Shown here: in pieces, positions 61,322-64,000 of the stretch
How positions within the stretch are numbered: position 1 is the first letter of the stretch
Layout of the letters: the number at the start of each line of letters is the position of its first letter
NCBI RefSeq assembly: GCF_006345805.1
Contig: NC_043002.1
Coordinates: forward strand, 68,262,001-68,326,000
Reading direction: 5' to 3'
Source of the DNA: Octopus sinensis
Lineage: Eukaryota
DNA: 64,000 bases
The notes under the pieces: model-generated
The model's input: only the letters and a program-made list of their open reading frames with translations
Told to the model about the DNA's origin: nothing
The model's database searches: none
Made by a program: the position numbers and the translations under genes

Positions 61322-62039
61322 ATTAGACAGAGAAATCTGAATGCTAAAGGGTTCATGGTATTTCATCTATCTTTACGTTCTGAGTTCAAATACTGCCGAG
61401 GTCGACTTTGCCTTTCATCTTTTCAGGGTTGATAAAATAATTACCAGTTGAGCACTACGATCAATGTAATCGACTGGTCCTCTCTCCCAAAATTTCAGGC
61501 CTTGTGCCAAAATTTGAAACCACTCCAACTTGAAGTGGATGTTGTGTTAGAACAACAGGATACTGCATTATTTACCATGAGTGACCCTCTCATATGGACT
61601 TCTGGTGCATAAAAGCACTTGTGTTTATGTATTAGTGATGGACAATAACTTCAGAAAAGACATAAGCAGAGAGAAGGTTCTAGATGAATGATGTTCTAGG
61701 AAGGAAGAACAGAGTATAGTAGTTAGAGCCAGATAGGGAGATCAGATGCAAGAAGGATGACAAGAAGTGGGGAGATAATTGAGCAGACTATTGGTTTTGA
61801 ATTTTGGTAGAAGGCCAGTAATTTCAGGGGATAAGTTGATTACATCGACTCTTGTGCATAACTGGTACTTATTTCATTGACTCTGAAAGGATGACAGGCT
61901 AAGTCAACCTTGGCGGAATTTGAACTCAGAACATAAAGATGGATGAATGAAAATATTAACACAACAAGAATGTGGCACATGTAGACTTAAGACTTCATTC
62001 TTTGGCTAAAATATCAGTTATAGTAATAATAATAATATC

Positions 62040-62510
62040 AATAACATCAAAGTGGAGTGCTAAGAGCACCATCCGAGCGTGATTGTCGCCAGGGCCGCTG
62101 ACTAACCCCTGCCCCGTGCCAGTAGCATGTAAAAAGCACCATTCAAGCGTGATCATTACCAGTGTTGCCTTACTGGCACTTGTGCTGGTGGTACATGAAA
62201 AACAACATTTGAGCGAGGGCGTTGCTGGTGTTGCTGGACTGGCTCCTGTGCAGGTGATACATAAAAACACCATTTGAGTGTAGCCGTTGCCAGTACCGCC
62301 TGACTGGCCCTCATGCTGGTGACACATAAAAGCACCTACTATGCTCTCGGAGTGGTTGGCATTAGGAAGGGCATCCAGCTGTATTAACTCTGCCAGATCA
62401 GATTGGAGCCTGTTGCAGCCATCTGGCTCACCAGTTCCCAGTCAAACCATCCAACCCATGCCAGCATGGAAAGTGGACGTTAAACAATGATGATGATGAT
62501 GATGATGATG
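62040..62510 (+). mobile_element. RTE-tail element with VNTR and (GAT)n tail
   Basis: same family in the opposite orientation, ending ggacgttaaacaa(tga)n. Confidence 0.8.
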
Positions 62511-62892
62511 ATTAATCCTTTCTACTATAGGAACAAGGACTAAAATTTAGGAGGAGGTGGCTTGTCAATTACATTGCTAACGATTCTGCCATCTTGCCTC
62601 ATAAGTTAAGCAATATATTGCTTTCAAATTTTGGTACAAGGCCAGCAATTTCAGGGGAGTAGTTTAGTCAATTACATCAACCTCAGTGATCAACTGGTAC
62701 TTATTGTATCAACCCTGAAAGGATGAAAGGTAAAGTCGACCTTGATAGAATTTGAACTCAGAATCTAAGGATGGATGAAATGCCATTAGGCATTTTTGCT
62801 CAGGATGCTAAAGATGGTTGCCTTTTAGTTAAGCAAAATATTGATTAAAAGAAAGAAAGAAACATTACAAATAACCAATAAACATGTCTTAC

Positions 62893-62941
62893 TGTATTAT
62901 CAGCATGGTGTTGTATTTGGAATGGTTTTTTATAAGCAAAA
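62893..62941 (-). CDS. JMJD8: JMJD8 coding exon (most 5' exon in window): (x)FAYKKPFQIQHHADNT
   Basis: tttttcag acceptor and gtaaga donor; aligns to the YAFVRPVILQGLTDNS region of human JMJD8 (from recall); ends in phase 0, matching the next exon. Confidence 0.85.
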
Positions 62942-63267
62942 CTGAAAAAGAAAAAGAAATTTCACTATTATGTAAATAACCACAAAACAACACTAATTGC
63001 AAAATAAAACAAAACAAAAAAAATGGTATTTATTTAATATCTCTTAAATAATTAGGTGCTATACTACACATCAGACATACCGTTGAAATTGCTAACACGT
63101 CAGTGCTCTGGCAACTAACGGAAGACAACTTATATCAACAACTTGCTGGAGGATACTAGTATGGAAGGGGTATAGGAGCTGAGGACCATTATGGAAGATC
63201 GAGATGAATGGGGAAAACATGTGGAAACAGGGGCATCCTGTGGGACAACCGAGAGAGAGAGATATAG

Positions 63268-63588
63268 GAGGAGACCCCCTTTAGTCATGAATGACCATGG
63301 GATTGCATCTAGAAAGTTACCCTCCGAGTCACAAGTCTGGGCAAGATTGTTTGTGGAAGGCTAGCAGTCGCCCATGTATACCAGCCTCCCCTCTCCACAC
63401 CATTGATGTTATCCAAGGGAAAGGCAAAGGCTAATACAGCTTGGCACCAGTGATGTCGCAACTCATTTCTACAGATGAGTTAACTGGAGCAACGTGAAAT
63501 AAAGTGTTTTGCTCAAGAACACACCACACAGCCCAGTCCGGGAATCAAACTCAGAACTATGCTCTAACCACTAAGCCATGTGCCTTCA
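63268..63588 (-). mobile_element. tRNA-derived SINE (family C head)
   Basis: head tgtgaaggcacatggcttagtggttagagc on the minus strand; aaataaagtgttttgctcaagaacac core shared with 7369. Confidence 0.75.
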
Positions 63589-64000
63589 CAGAGAGATAGA
63601 TATACTATAAACCAAAAATCCATTTGTACTATGATTTGAAACTGCACACTGTGTCATACCTTTTAGTAGAGCAAGGCTCTACTAAAATAACCATGTCCTT
63701 TTATTATTCATGATTCTTCCTTTAATTGAAAAGGAATGAGTTTTCATCTTGTTTGTAAAAATTTTCATTATTAACCATATGAAGAAGAGAATTTTAAAGT
63801 CTCTGATACCTATAACCCTTTAGCATTCATATTACTGTCAGATGTAAAGCTTATTTATTGACATTGTTCTAAATTAATAATGAATTAATCTCATAGATCT
63901 GAGATTTCAATGATGTAACTGGATTTTTGAATGGCATTGTAGGGTAGGTGTGAGAGGCAAGATCAAGCCAGTTCGAACATAAAAAAAGGTAGAATATTTT

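Overview
Eukaryotic, AT-rich, repeat-dense genomic DNA. The SINE families, RTE LINE tails and microsatellite load suggest an octopus (coleoid cephalopod); this is inferred from recognition, not a database search. The one well-supported protein gene is JMJD8 on the minus strand: seven phase-consistent coding exons from 62941 down to the stop at 32944, with the 5' exons beyond the right edge. A second, weakly supported minus-strand gene may lie at about 245-4240, and there is an orphan terminal-exon-like segment at 20770-20828. The rest is mostly transposon-derived: a full-length young Ty3/Gypsy (Mag-like) element at 10940-15466 with a 5-bp TSD, a full-length decayed mariner at 15708-16980, RTE and CR1/L2-type LINE fragments, Helitron-like elements, several palindromic MITE-like elements, dozens of tRNA-derived SINEs and many microsatellites. 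The observations most worth follow-up are: Penelope-type short elements carrying minimal hammerhead ribozymes, two of them in sense orientation in JMJD8 introns; a Gypsy element broken apparently only by single-base deletions; variable hairpin-forming VNTRs in an RTE 3' tail; a TTCCTGGAA-rich minisatellite; and several long hairpins and inverted SINE pairs around JMJD8 exons. SINE and LINE boundaries are approximate; exon, LTR, TSD and TIR coordinates were counted base by base.
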